From Flavobacteriales bacterium (GTDB lineage: Bacteria > Bacteroidota > Bacteroidia > UBA10329), in assembly GCA_003456455.1 (NCBI GenBank), contig DMRV01000121.1:1-30437 (forward strand): DNA of 30,437 bases, given 5' to 3'. Positions within the stretch are counted from its first letter, which is position 1; each line of letters begins with the position of its first letter. This document shows positions 1 to 8,667 of this stretch, piece by piece. The notes beneath the pieces were generated by a model that did no database searches, had not been told where the DNA came from, and saw nothing but the letters and a program-made list of their open reading frames with translations. The position numbers and the translations under genes are program-made.

Positions 1-15
1 TAGTATCTTTTTCAT
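1..15 (-). CDS. 5' fragment (MKKIL...) of a gene running off the window; by Bacteroidota gene order probably a second OmpH/Skp
   Basis: Reverse complement of 1-15 is ATG AAA AAG ATA CTA, 32 bp after the skp stop. MKK-hydrophobic looks like a signal-peptide start. Identity is inferred only from the usual bamA-ompH-ompH order. Confidence 0.5.
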
Positions 16-47
16 TTTTCGTTTTTTACGGGCGCAATATTAGAAAT

Positions 48-572
48 TTATTTATCTGACTTGACAGAGTAACCCAACTCGTCAAGTATGTCTTCACTCA
101 GGTCATATTTAGCTGAGGTGTAAAGCATTGTTAATGTTCCGGCTTTGTCAAAAATTACGGCATATCCCCGCGCATCTGCAACTTCTTTAATGGCCGTGTA
201 AACCTTGTCTTGTATAGGCTTGGTAAACTCTTGTCTCTTTTGAAAAAGGTCGCCTTGAAAACCGAAACGCTGCTTTTGCTTTTCCTTGGCTTCCTTCTCT
301 TTTTCAATAATCTGATCTTCACGCTTGCGCTTCATATCATCGGTAAGGAGAATTTGTTCAGCCTGAAAATCCTTGTACATCCGGTCAATTTCGGCATACA
401 TCTTTTCAATCTCTTCTTGCCATTGAACGGATATTTCGTTCAATTCCTTCTGCTTATTCTGATACTCGGGAATACTCTCTAGAATATAGTTTGAATCTAC
501 ATAACCAAAGCGCTGAGCACTAGCGCTAAGAACAAAGCAAAAGGCGATAAGGGTAAGGGCTACTTTTCTCAT
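48..572 (-). CDS. skp: OmpH/Skp family periplasmic outer-membrane protein chaperone
   Basis: Signal peptide ending SASA|Q; 'RFGYVDSNYILESIPEY' N-terminus; long charged coiled coil; 'IKEVADARGYAVIFDK' C-terminal motif; 12 bp downstream of bamA. Confidence 0.93.
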   Translation of the reverse strand: MRKVALTLIAFCFVLSASAQRFGYVDSNYILESIPEYQNKQKELNEISVQWQEEIEKMYAEIDRMYKDFQAEQILLTDDMKRKREDQIIEKEKEAKEKQKQRFGFQGDLFQKRQEFTKPIQDKVYTAIKEVADARGYAVIFDKAGTLTMLYTSAKYDLSEDILDELGYSVKSDK

Positions 573-584
573 GATGATATGGTA

Positions 585-3098
585 TTAGAATTGTTGTCCA
601 ATTGAGAAGTGGAACTGTCCAGGTGCCATGTCAGGTCTTCCAGGAACATCGTCAAACCTCCAACCGTAATCCAGTCCCAAAAGACCAAACATTGGAAGGA
701 AAATTCTAACTCCGACTCCGGCAGACTTCTTAAGGTCGTATGGCTTGAACTCACTGAATGTGAGCCAAGAGTCACCAGCTTCCGCAAAGGCAAGTACATA
801 AACTGTGGCCTGTGGGTTTGGAGATATGCGATACCTAAATTCAGCACTGTATTTTGTAAAAATTGTTCCACCAAAACTTGATGATAGTGAGTTATTATCG
901 TATCCACGCAGCGCAACAATTTCTCGTCCGTCTAAGCCAAATCCACTCAATCCATCCCCTCCAACATAAAACCTTTCAAAAGGAGAGATTCCGAGATCTT
1001 TATTATAACCTCCGAGAAACCCGAACTGCATTTTGGTTTCTATAACCAAATTCTTTGCCAAAGAGATATACCACTTGGCATCGAACTTCCATTTGTGGTA
1101 TTCTATGAGCTTATATGCTTCCGATGCGGATGCTGTTGTATAGTCCAGCCCAGTAAATGCCGAGAATGGTGGCGTCAATTCCATACTACCTGAGATAATA
1201 GAACCGTAAGTTGGAAAAATAGGGTCACCAATGGAGTTCCTAGAAATAGTGAGCTTATAACTGAAAGTGTGTGAATTTCCATTATTGAAACCAGAAATAA
1301 GCTGGTAATTCTCAAGGATGTAGTTCTGATAGCTTAACTCATGCTGCATAAGGAAGAAGTCATCAGGCCATTTCATTCTGGTTCCCAAACCAACAGATAC
1401 ACCAGTAATTCGGATGGCTTCACGTCTAGCCTCACCACGCTGAACACCATTAGACTGAACCGAATGGTAAGCTGAAACACTAAAAGCATTAGGCTTGTTT
1501 CCTCCTAACCACGGCTCCATAAAGGAGAAATTATACGATTGGAAGAACAATCCATTTGATTGAGCGCGAAGACTTAAACGCTGTCCGTCACCTGCAGGAA
1601 GTGGCCGCCAAGCTCCCTTCTTAAACATGTTTCGTAAGGAGAAGTTATTGAAAGTGACACCCAATGTTCCTACAATTCTTCCTGCTCCCCAACCACCAGA
1701 AAGCTCAATCTGATCGGAGGGTTTTTCTTCTACGGTATATTCAATATCAACCGTACCGTCAACTGGGTTTGGTTTGGGGTCTACGCCTAAGGTTTCCGCG
1801 TTAAAATACCCTAGCTGCGAAAGCTCTCTTTGAGAACGAATAATGTCCGCTCGACTAAATAATTGTCCAGGCTTAGTTCTTAACTCACGCAGAATAACGT
1901 GATCATTCGTTTTTGAATTACCAATTACCGTAACCCTGTTAATAGTTGCTTGTTTGCCCTCGCGCACGCGCATCTCCAAATCAATGCTGTCATTCACAAC
2001 AAGAATTTCGGTTGGCTGAACGTTAAAGAACAGATAACCATCATCCAAATAGAGTGAACTCACATCCCGTCCGTTAGGATTCATAAACAAGTTGGCATCT
2101 AGCCTACTTTGATCATAAACATCGCCTTTCTTAATCCCCAAAATTTTACCCAGCACTTCAGACGAGTACTTGGTATTTCCAGACCAGGTGATGTTTCGGA
2201 AGTAGTATTTCCTTCCTTCCTCAAGGTTAATCTCTACATTAATGGCATTCTTCTTACTCGCATAAATCGTATCGCTAATTATTCGAGCATCGCGATATCC
2301 CATTTGATTATACTTCGCAATAAGCGCCTTCTTGTCATTTTCGTACTCAAAATCAAGGAACTTAGACGTTTTCCAAACGCGCCACCACTTACGCTGCTTG
2401 GTTTCCTTCATCGTTCCAGCAAGCTTGCCTTTTTTTACTTCCTCGTTACCTCGGAAAATCAATTTAGCAATCTTAATTTTCTTCTTTCTATCAACGTTGA
2501 AAGTCAGAATTACGTTGTTCGGTAAAGTGGTGTCAGGTGTCTCAATGGTTTCCACTTCCACGTTCAAAAACCCTTTATCGATAAAGTGATTCTGAATAAT
2601 ATTCTCGGTGGAAACAATCAGGTTTTCGGTGACCACTTTCCCCTTTATTAAGCGAATTGATTCTCGGATATCGTTCGCATCACTCTTTTTAACTCCCTTT
2701 AAGGCATACTTACTTAAACGAGGGCGCTCCTGAAGGCGGATGTCAAGGAAGATTTTATCGTCAACAATTTTTGTTGCCGTAATCTCAACATCACTAAATA
2801 AACCTTGGTCCCAAAGTTTATGAATAGCCTCCGTAGTTGCTTCTCCTGGAACTTGAATCTTTTCTCCAACACTAAGGCCAGAAAGAAGAACTAGTACTTT
2901 CTTATCTAGATACTTTGTACCAGAAACGGTAATACCACCCACCTCAAATTGCTTGGGTGCTGCATAATCCAATTTAGTGTTGCCACCAACAGAAATCTGC
3001 GCACTAGCAGTGGTTGATACAAAAAGCATCATCACCGATAGTACAAATAACAATATTTGACCGCGACTATGCGCTGACCTGCTCACTGATTTTTCCAA
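585..3098 (-). CDS. bamA: Outer membrane protein assembly factor BamA (Omp85), about 837 aa
   Basis: Several POTRA repeats (e.g. 'GNSKTNDHVILRELRTKPGQLFSR', 'VDIEYTVEEKPS'); barrel start 'DQIELSGGWG'; loop-6 motif 'ALRGY'; C-terminal 'FHFSIGQQF'. Start set at TTG 3098 (LEKSVS..., signal ending TASA|Q) rather than ATG 3125; the start is uncertain. Confidence 0.95.
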   Translation of the reverse strand: MEKSVSRSAHSRGQILLFVLSVMMLFVSTTASAQISVGGNTKLDYAAPKQFEVGGITVSGTKYLDKKVLVLLSGLSVGEKIQVPGEATTEAIHKLWDQGLFSDVEITATKIVDDKIFLDIRLQERPRLSKYALKGVKKSDANDIRESIRLIKGKVVTENLIVSTENIIQNHFIDKGFLNVEVETIETPDTTLPNNVILTFNVDRKKKIKIAKLIFRGNEEVKKGKLAGTMKETKQRKWWRVWKTSKFLDFEYENDKKALIAKYNQMGYRDARIISDTIYASKKNAINVEINLEEGRKYYFRNITWSGNTKYSSEVLGKILGIKKGDVYDQSRLDANLFMNPNGRDVSSLYLDDGYLFFNVQPTEILVVNDSIDLEMRVREGKQATINRVTVIGNSKTNDHVILRELRTKPGQLFSRADIIRSQRELSQLGYFNAETLGVDPKPNPVDGTVDIEYTVEEKPSDQIELSGGWGAGRIVGTLGVTFNNFSLRNMFKKGAWRPLPAGDGQRLSLRAQSNGLFFQSYNFSFMEPWLGGNKPNAFSVSAYHSVQSNGVQRGEARREAIRITGVSVGLGTRMKWPDDFFLMQHELSYQNYILENYQLISGFNNGNSHTFSYKLTISRNSIGDPIFPTYGSIISGSMELTPPFSAFTGLDYTTASASEAYKLIEYHKWKFDAKWYISLAKNLVIETKMQFGFLGGYNKDLGISPFERFYVGGDGLSGFGLDGREIVALRGYDNNSLSSSFGGTIFTKYSAEFRYRISPNPQATVYVLAFAEAGDSWLTFSEFKPYDLKKSAGVGVRIFLPMFGLLGLDYGWRFDDVPGRPDMAPGQFHFSIGQQF

Positions 3099-3810
3099 AT
3101 CTTCTTTCTCGTCCTTGATAGTCAATTATTGCCGTTTCAAAATCTACTCTTTCAAAATCTGGCCACAATTTATCTGTGAAATACAATTCTGCGTAAGCAA
3201 TTTGCCACAACAAAAAGTTTGATATGCGGTGTTCTCCGCTTGTTCTAATAAGTAATTCTGGATCAGGAATTCCAATTGTACAAAGATGCTGATTGATGGT
3301 TGATTCATCAATTGCATCTACGTCTAACTCCCCCGATTTAACATTTTTTGCAATCGCCTTTATCGCTTCCGTAATTTCCCACTTTGATGAATAGCTCAAC
3401 GCCAACGTCAAAGTCATGCGTGTATTGTCCTTGGTCTTCTCAATTGCCTCATTTAATTCCTTTAGACAAGACACAGGTAGGCTTTCTAAGTCTCCAATTG
3501 CATTTAACCGAATGTTATTTTCTGTAAGCGTCTTTGTTTCCTTACTGATGGTTTTTACCAATAAGGTCATCAAAGCATTAATCTCAAATTTCGGACGATT
3601 CCAGTTTTCGGTAGAAAAGGCATATAAGGTCAAGTACTCGATGCCAATTTCGGCTGCCGTTTCGACCGTTTCCCGTACAGCTTTTACGCCTTTGTTATGA
3701 CCAAAGGTGCGCAGTTTACCACGCTGTTTTGCCCAGCGTCCGTTTCCGTCCATAATTACGGCTACGTGATTTGGCAATTTACTCTGGTCTATACGGGAAT
3801 CTATGGCCAT
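3067..3810 (-). CDS. uppS: Undecaprenyl diphosphate synthase (cis-isoprenyl transferase)
   Basis: Motifs 'HVAVIMDGNGRWA', 'TLYAFSTENWNRP', 'PDPELLIRTSGEHRISNFLLWQIAYAELYF', 'RERRFG'. ATG 3810 preferred because it lies just downstream of a TAnnTTTG element. Confidence 0.97.
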   Translation of the reverse strand: MAIDSRIDQSKLPNHVAVIMDGNGRWAKQRGKLRTFGHNKGVKAVRETVETAAEIGIEYLTLYAFSTENWNRPKFEINALMTLLVKTISKETKTLTENNIRLNAIGDLESLPVSCLKELNEAIEKTKDNTRMTLTLALSYSSKWEITEAIKAIAKNVKSGELDVDAIDESTINQHLCTIGIPDPELLIRTSGEHRISNFLLWQIAYAELYFTDKLWPDFERVDFETAIIDYQGRERRFGKISEQVSA

Positions 3811-3842
3811 CAATAAATTAAAAAACACCCTTAAAGGCGGTG

Positions 3843-3850
3843 CAAAGGTA
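3843..3850 (-). promoter_or_regulatory. Bacteroidota primary-sigma -7 element (TAnnTTTG) upstream of uppS-bamA-skp
   Basis: Minus strand reads TACCTTTG(CA), about 32 bp upstream of the uppS ATG, in the intergenic gap. No clear -33 element. Confidence 0.65.
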
Positions 3851-3866
3851 TACTAGAGTTTGAGAC

Positions 3867-4691
3867 TTATTGATAGGCAGGGCATTTGGCCGGTCGCGCC
3901 TTGAGATTCATTGAAAATGTAATGAGAGCGAACGAATACCAGTCGTTTGTTTTTGAGTTACCACGCTGCCTTCCTTCAAGCGTTTCATCCAACAAATTTG
4001 ACTGGTTTGACAATTCATAGGCAATGTCTCCTCGCTCAGATCGGATTACATTCGGATCCGCATATGCACCGCTTACGTCATCTAAATAATCGGTAAACGT
4101 ATAGCGCATTCCCCACTCCAATCCAACAGAAAATGTTTTTGAAATATTAAGCTTTAAACCCAAACCAAAAGGGATAGCTGCAGTAGTAAGCGCATACTTT
4201 TTTCTGTCGGGGTAAGCAACGGTTCCTTGTCCTTCTGTACCAAGCGGTTGAAGTTCGTACATGTTTCCGTCACTCGCCTCAGCGCGAGGGTTGAAATTAA
4301 AAATCGAAACACCTCCAAACAGGAATGGTGTAATAAAATGGGTCATGTCGCCTGGGGCGTACTTAAAGAAATTAAACTCTCCGGTAATACTGAATTCGAA
4401 TAACCAAGATTCAAATTGCAGATTTCGGTCTAACTGAGATTGAACTTTTGAATCGGAATCGTCTCCCATTAAATATCCAACAGTAAACGTACCGCGAGCA
4501 GATAAGCGCTCATTAAAATTGTACCGATAGAAAGCTCCGCCTGCAGGAAGCACTTTTTTAAATGGTGTTTCGGGATTCAAATCTCCCATGTAGTAGGAAA
4601 CTCCACCCATTATGCCAAACTCAGAATACTGAGCCGTACTGGTGGAAACGCATCCGAAAAGAACTAAAAAAAGAATACTAAAGCGTTTCAT
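3867..4691 (-). CDS. porG: DUF6089 / PorG-like outer-membrane beta-barrel (T9SS-associated)
   Basis: Signal peptide TSTA|Q; 'EFGIMGGVSYYMGDLNP'; alternating barrel strands; 'GLEWGMRYTFTDYLDDVS'; 'QRGNSKTNDWY'. Lies directly upstream of uppS-bamA-ompH, as porG does in Porphyromonas. The symbol rests partly on synteny. Confidence 0.75.
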   Translation of the reverse strand: MKRFSILFLVLFGCVSTSTAQYSEFGIMGGVSYYMGDLNPETPFKKVLPAGGAFYRYNFNERLSARGTFTVGYLMGDDSDSKVQSQLDRNLQFESWLFEFSITGEFNFFKYAPGDMTHFITPFLFGGVSIFNFNPRAEASDGNMYELQPLGTEGQGTVAYPDRKKYALTTAAIPFGLGLKLNISKTFSVGLEWGMRYTFTDYLDDVSGAYADPNVIRSERGDIAYELSNQSNLLDETLEGRQRGNSKTNDWYSFALITFSMNLKARPAKCPAYQ

Positions 4692-4710
4692 AACAACTGA
4701 TTGACCAGTT

Positions 4711-5658
4711 TTAGAACTTAGGAAGCCCCTTCCTTGACGTTCGGATTTTGCGCTGATAGGTAATCATCAAGAACATGTATGAGTCCAAATCACTAGGGTC
4801 TCCTCGCTGTTGTCCTGGACACGCTGCACATGCACCAGTGAAAGAGTCTATATTATCTGGAACGGGATTCAAAGATGGGTCTGCAAGTCCGGCAGCAACA
4901 TTATTATATCCCAGTGCTTGCCGAATTGCTAACTCATTTGGTGCCCATTTCGTATAAACATAAGTTGTGCTTACGTCATCCATATAATCTGTAAATGTTT
5001 TTCGCAGCCCGTATTCCAAACCAATGCTACTCTTTTTATCAAGTGCGTATTTCATCCCAACACCAAATGGAATGGTCAATTGCCAGTTAGCATATTCTGT
5101 TCTTGAAGGAACATACTCCTGGCCCTCTGTATGAAGCGGTTTAAGCGAATACCATTTACCATCATACTTTGCCATTGGATTCATGTAGAGCAAAGCAACT
5201 CCAGCAAAACCATAGACATAAACCTGGCTTCCTTTTCTACCTCGGCCACGGACACGTCTAATCTTGTAACGGCTTCCAATAGACTCTCTCATCCAAGAAA
5301 CTTCCATTTGAGTTGCCCACTCCACCACGGGCGATCGAAAGTGTAAATTTCTATTATTTCTGAACGGTTCATCTGTAAACTTATCATGACTCGCAATTTC
5401 TCCAAAGGAGAAGCCGGTTTTAACCGAAACGTATTGAGAAATCTTGTAACGAAAACCTAGGTTGACAACATAGCGCGTTGATGCAGCATCTAAATCGAAA
5501 AACCAGTCGGAGCCAATTTGGCTTCGTCCACCGAGATCTCCCAAGAATTGGGTTGCACCTATGCCTGCAACCCATTCATAACGCTGGCGTTTCCAACGCT
5601 GTGCGCTGGCCAAAGTTGGAAGAATTACAAGAAGAAGTAAAAATACTTTTGCTCGCAT
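4711..5658 (-). CDS. Second DUF6089-family beta-barrel paralog, about 315 aa
   Basis: Shares motifs with the neighbour: 'QFLGDLGG', 'LKPLHTEGQ', 'GLEYGLRKTFTDYMDDVS', 'GQQRGDPSDLDSY'. Signal peptide LASA|Q from ATG 5658. Confidence 0.78.
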   Translation of the reverse strand: MRAKVFLLLLVILPTLASAQRWKRQRYEWVAGIGATQFLGDLGGRSQIGSDWFFDLDAASTRYVVNLGFRYKISQYVSVKTGFSFGEIASHDKFTDEPFRNNRNLHFRSPVVEWATQMEVSWMRESIGSRYKIRRVRGRGRKGSQVYVYGFAGVALLYMNPMAKYDGKWYSLKPLHTEGQEYVPSRTEYANWQLTIPFGVGMKYALDKKSSIGLEYGLRKTFTDYMDDVSTTYVYTKWAPNELAIRQALGYNNVAAGLADPSLNPVPDNIDSFTGACAACPGQQRGDPSDLDSYMFLMITYQRKIRTSRKGLPKF

Positions 5659-5691
5659 AAGAAGACAATTAACCAAATTTTACTACGTCTG

Positions 5692-5699
5692 CAAATATA
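5692..5699 (-). promoter_or_regulatory. Bacteroidota -7 element (TAnnTTTG) upstream of the DUF6089 pair
   Basis: Minus strand reads TATATTTG(CA), about 33 bp upstream of ATG 5658. Confidence 0.65.
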
Positions 5700-5734
5700 A
5701 CTAATAATGGTCAGGAAGGGTTTTAGCACAAAAC

Positions 5735-6601
5735 CTAGTTGCGTTTATCGATGCCCCACATCAACTTACCACGCAATGTATCGAAGTAGTCATTTGTGCC
5801 AAACCGAATCAGACCAACCTGAAAATCGGCCTTGGAAACTCGTATTTCAACCTCCGAACTGATAATATTTGATTGTGAATCAAGAGACATCATAAAGCTC
5901 GGGTCAGCATCACCGATTCTTAACGTGACTTTTCTGTTATCAGCAATAACTAAAGGGCGCACATTAAGGTTGTGAGGTGCAATTGGCGTAATGACAAAAT
6001 TGCTTGTTCCTGGCGCGATTATCGGACCGCCTGCGCTCAAGGAGTACCCAGTCGAGCCAGTTGGGGTTGAAATAATAAGGCCATCGGCCCAATAAGTATT
6101 TAAGAAGAAATCGTCCAAATACGCGTTTACAACAATCATGGAAGATGTTGCGTTTTTGTGAACGCTGACCTCATTCAAAGCATAGTTATCCCCACCAAAC
6201 AGATTGTCGTCCGTCTCGGCTTTGACAAGAGTTCTTTCGTCAACCTGAAAATCTCCCGTTTTTAGTTTCTCAAAAGCTTGTTCGAGTTCCTCTAAGGGAG
6301 TGCTGGCAAGGAAACCCAGTCTACCAGCATTAACGCCTAGAATTGGTATCCCAGAATTTCCAACCTTCCTGACAGATTCCAGTATTGTTCCATCACCACC
6401 AATGCAGACCAGTGCATCAAACTGATCTTTTCTGAACTTTTCTGTAGGAATAACTCCATCCATCGGGAGCCCACCTATTTCAGCTAACTCTTGGGTGTAA
6501 GAAATTGATTGGAATTTTTGATTAAGCACGTTTAAAACAGCCTGCAACCTAGGTCGGTCAGATTCAAAACGCAGTCTTCCGTGTACGGCTATTTGCATCA
6601 T
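5735..6601 (-). CDS. nadK: NAD+ kinase
   Basis: Motifs 'IGGDGTIL', 'GVNAGRLGFL', 'ALNEV', 'ADGLIISTPTGSTGYSLSAGGPI', 'PIAPHNL'. The ATG directly abuts the upstream TAA (TAAATG). Confidence 0.96.
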   Translation of the reverse strand: MMQIAVHGRLRFESDRPRLQAVLNVLNQKFQSISYTQELAEIGGLPMDGVIPTEKFRKDQFDALVCIGGDGTILESVRKVGNSGIPILGVNAGRLGFLASTPLEELEQAFEKLKTGDFQVDERTLVKAETDDNLFGGDNYALNEVSVHKNATSSMIVVNAYLDDFFLNTYWADGLIISTPTGSTGYSLSAGGPIIAPGTSNFVITPIAPHNLNVRPLVIADNRKVTLRIGDADPSFMMSLDSQSNIISSEVEIRVSKADFQVGLIRFGTNDYFDTLRGKLMWGIDKRN

Positions 6602-7987
6602 TTAAATGTGCTTTGTGAAATGTACGAAAAACCCATGCTCGAGATTCTTATTCATGGAGTATTCAAAACGCCAAGAAATATCATAGAAGGTAACTATATC
6701 AATTCCTGCACCTCCGCCCAAAAGTAAGCTACCTGCCAATGGGTTTCCTTGGTTAAACTGATTATCGATGACGTAGCCCACATCAAAATTGAAATTAGCG
6801 TATAGCGCAAGGGGTAACGTGTTGAATTTGTCCGATTTCAAGAATTTAAGTTTCACCTTTCTAAACGGAAAAATTGCCCATTTAATTGCCGTTTTCAACA
6901 GACCAAAATGCTGCCCATCAACAACATAGTTTTCGTACCCTCTCACAAAATCACGCTCATAGCCCAAACCCCGCTGAAGAGAGAAAGCCTGCCCATTGGT
7001 AGATGAGACTTTGATTTTCTGGGCATGAGAAAAATACCATCGTTTATGAAGCTTCCAGTACTTAGCAAATTCAACTTCTAATGACCAAATATCAATCGGA
7101 CTATCCAGTATTCGAAAGCCATCTTTTCTTAGCCTGAGCTCGAAGCGATAGCCTTTTAAAGGATAATCGGTGTAGTCGGTAACGTCTCTTAACACTTCAT
7201 ACTCAAGTGAAAAATACTTGACCACATTTTCTTCCGCACCAAAGTACTGTGGTTGCAGTTTGGCAACAGAGTCTAAAATCCAGAAATGTGTATAACCCAC
7301 CTCCAATTTATGAACGTTATAAAGGTTAGGACGCCACGTAGGAGAAATGGTTCCAAACCCCTGCTTCCGGATATATCGGTTCGGGTTTTTATAAAACACA
7401 CGCTTATTATCAACTGTTGCGTATGCTACCTCACGCCCTTGTCTGTACCCCCCCTGAAACTCTATTCCCCATTTTTGAGCGTGGTCGAGATAAGGGATTC
7501 TATACCTCAATTCATACTGATTATTAAACCCGAATCGGAGATGCAGGGTGAGTTCCTCTCTTCTGCCTCGAAAATTACTCCACTTGACCAGCGTGCCATA
7601 ATCTAACCTATCTAAGCGCTTGGTTTCCCACCACTCGCTTAGGTTTCTATCTGCAAAATCCACGAATGGGATGGGCCAGACATACCACCTTTCAGTTACT
7701 CGAACAACTATGTCAATCTCAGTGGGTGAAAACCAGCATGTGTCAATTTCTACAAAGTTGAAAAGCTGAAGATTCCAAACGTTTCCTTTTGACCGTTCTA
7801 AATGTTGGTTAAGCTTGTTTCTAGCAATAGATCGCCCTTCGCGAATGGTCATTTCGCGTAGCAAAATTCGCTCTCGTGTAATCTTGTTTCCCTCAAATGT
7901 TAGAGACGAAACGGTTACATCATCCTGCGCTTGGGCACAAAAAGAAAAAAGGAGAAAGAGGAAGAAGAGAAAGCGGAAATAAAAAAT
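6602..7987 (-). CDS. Omp85/TamA-like outer-membrane protein with a single N-terminal POTRA domain; start codon non-canonical or unresolved
   Basis: The called ORF (TTG 7864) begins mid-POTRA. The open frame upstream reads ...IFYFRFLFFLFLLFSFCAQA|QDDVTVSSLTFEGNKITRERILLREM. Also 'DIVVRVTERWY' POTRA end, Omp85 loop-6 motif 'FVRGYE', and barrel strands to the C-terminus. 7987 is an ATT candidate start. Confidence 0.78.
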   Translation of the reverse strand: MFYFRFLFFLFLLFSFCAQAQDDVTVSSLTFEGNKITRERILLREMTIREGRSIARNKLNQHLERSKGNVWNLQLFNFVEIDTCWFSPTEIDIVVRVTERWYVWPIPFVDFADRNLSEWWETKRLDRLDYGTLVKWSNFRGRREELTLHLRFGFNNQYELRYRIPYLDHAQKWGIEFQGGYRQGREVAYATVDNKRVFYKNPNRYIRKQGFGTISPTWRPNLYNVHKLEVGYTHFWILDSVAKLQPQYFGAEENVVKYFSLEYEVLRDVTDYTDYPLKGYRFELRLRKDGFRILDSPIDIWSLEVEFAKYWKLHKRWYFSHAQKIKVSSTNGQAFSLQRGLGYERDFVRGYENYVVDGQHFGLLKTAIKWAIFPFRKVKLKFLKSDKFNTLPLALYANFNFDVGYVIDNQFNQGNPLAGSLLLGGGAGIDIVTFYDISWRFEYSMNKNLEHGFFVHFTKHI

Positions 7988-7991
7988 CGTT

Positions 7992-8651
7992 CTAAATGTT
8001 GATGAACCGCATCAGCTCGTCATAGCGGCCTTTGAGGTCTTCAAGGTGCGCACTTTCTTGGAAATACGCAATTACCTGATAATCATAACGCTCCAAACTC
8101 TGAACTATCGAACTGATTTCCTCACGGTTTACTTTCAGAGTAAGCTCCAACATTCCGGTTTCCGGACGTTCAAAAACGTAGCTACTTAAAATCTTGGCGT
8201 TGTTTGATTCAATCACATGTGCCACCTGTGCAAGCGAATAATCAGCCTTATTCATATTGACAACGATGATTCCTCCTAGCTGATTTATTGCCGCCAATTC
8301 CTCAAACTTGACAACGAGGTCAGAAAGCGTGATGCACCCAAGATATTTATCTTCGGAATCAACCACAGCAACAACGGAAAGGTCAGTTGATGTCAGCTTA
8401 CGGATGACGTAGTATATATGCTGAGATTCTAGTACCGAGGCATGACTCATTACCTCTTTTGAAGCAATAACTGTATCGTCTTTTTCGCCATCCAAAATAT
8501 TGTCTTCGCTAATAATTCCAATGAAATTTCTCCCATCAACTACTGGCAGATGTGAAACTTTGAACTCATCCATCCACGCCAAAGCCCTAGCCACCTCGTC
8601 ATTTGGCTTCAGAGGTGGAACAACTTTAGATATGAGTTCTCTAGCGAGCAT
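7992..8651 (-). CDS. CBS-domain-pair protein with C-terminal ACT-like domain (AcuB-like)
   Basis: CBS repeats 'ALAWMDEFKVSHLPVVDGRNFIGIISEDNI' and 'LSVVAVVDSEDKYLGCITLSDL'; C-terminal 'LELTLKVNREEISSIVQSLERYDYQV'. ATG 8651 chosen. Confidence 0.88.
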   Translation of the reverse strand: MLARELISKVVPPLKPNDEVARALAWMDEFKVSHLPVVDGRNFIGIISEDNILDGEKDDTVIASKEVMSHASVLESQHIYYVIRKLTSTDLSVVAVVDSEDKYLGCITLSDLVVKFEELAAINQLGGIIVVNMNKADYSLAQVAHVIESNNAKILSSYVFERPETGMLELTLKVNREEISSIVQSLERYDYQVIAYFQESAHLEDLKGRYDELMRFINI

Positions 8652-8667
8652 TTTCTTGAATTGCGTG

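Noticed and set aside
5718-5736. GGTTTT/AAAACC hairpin after nadK as a terminator
   Set aside because: AT-rich 6-bp stem with no downstream U-tract on the coding strand.
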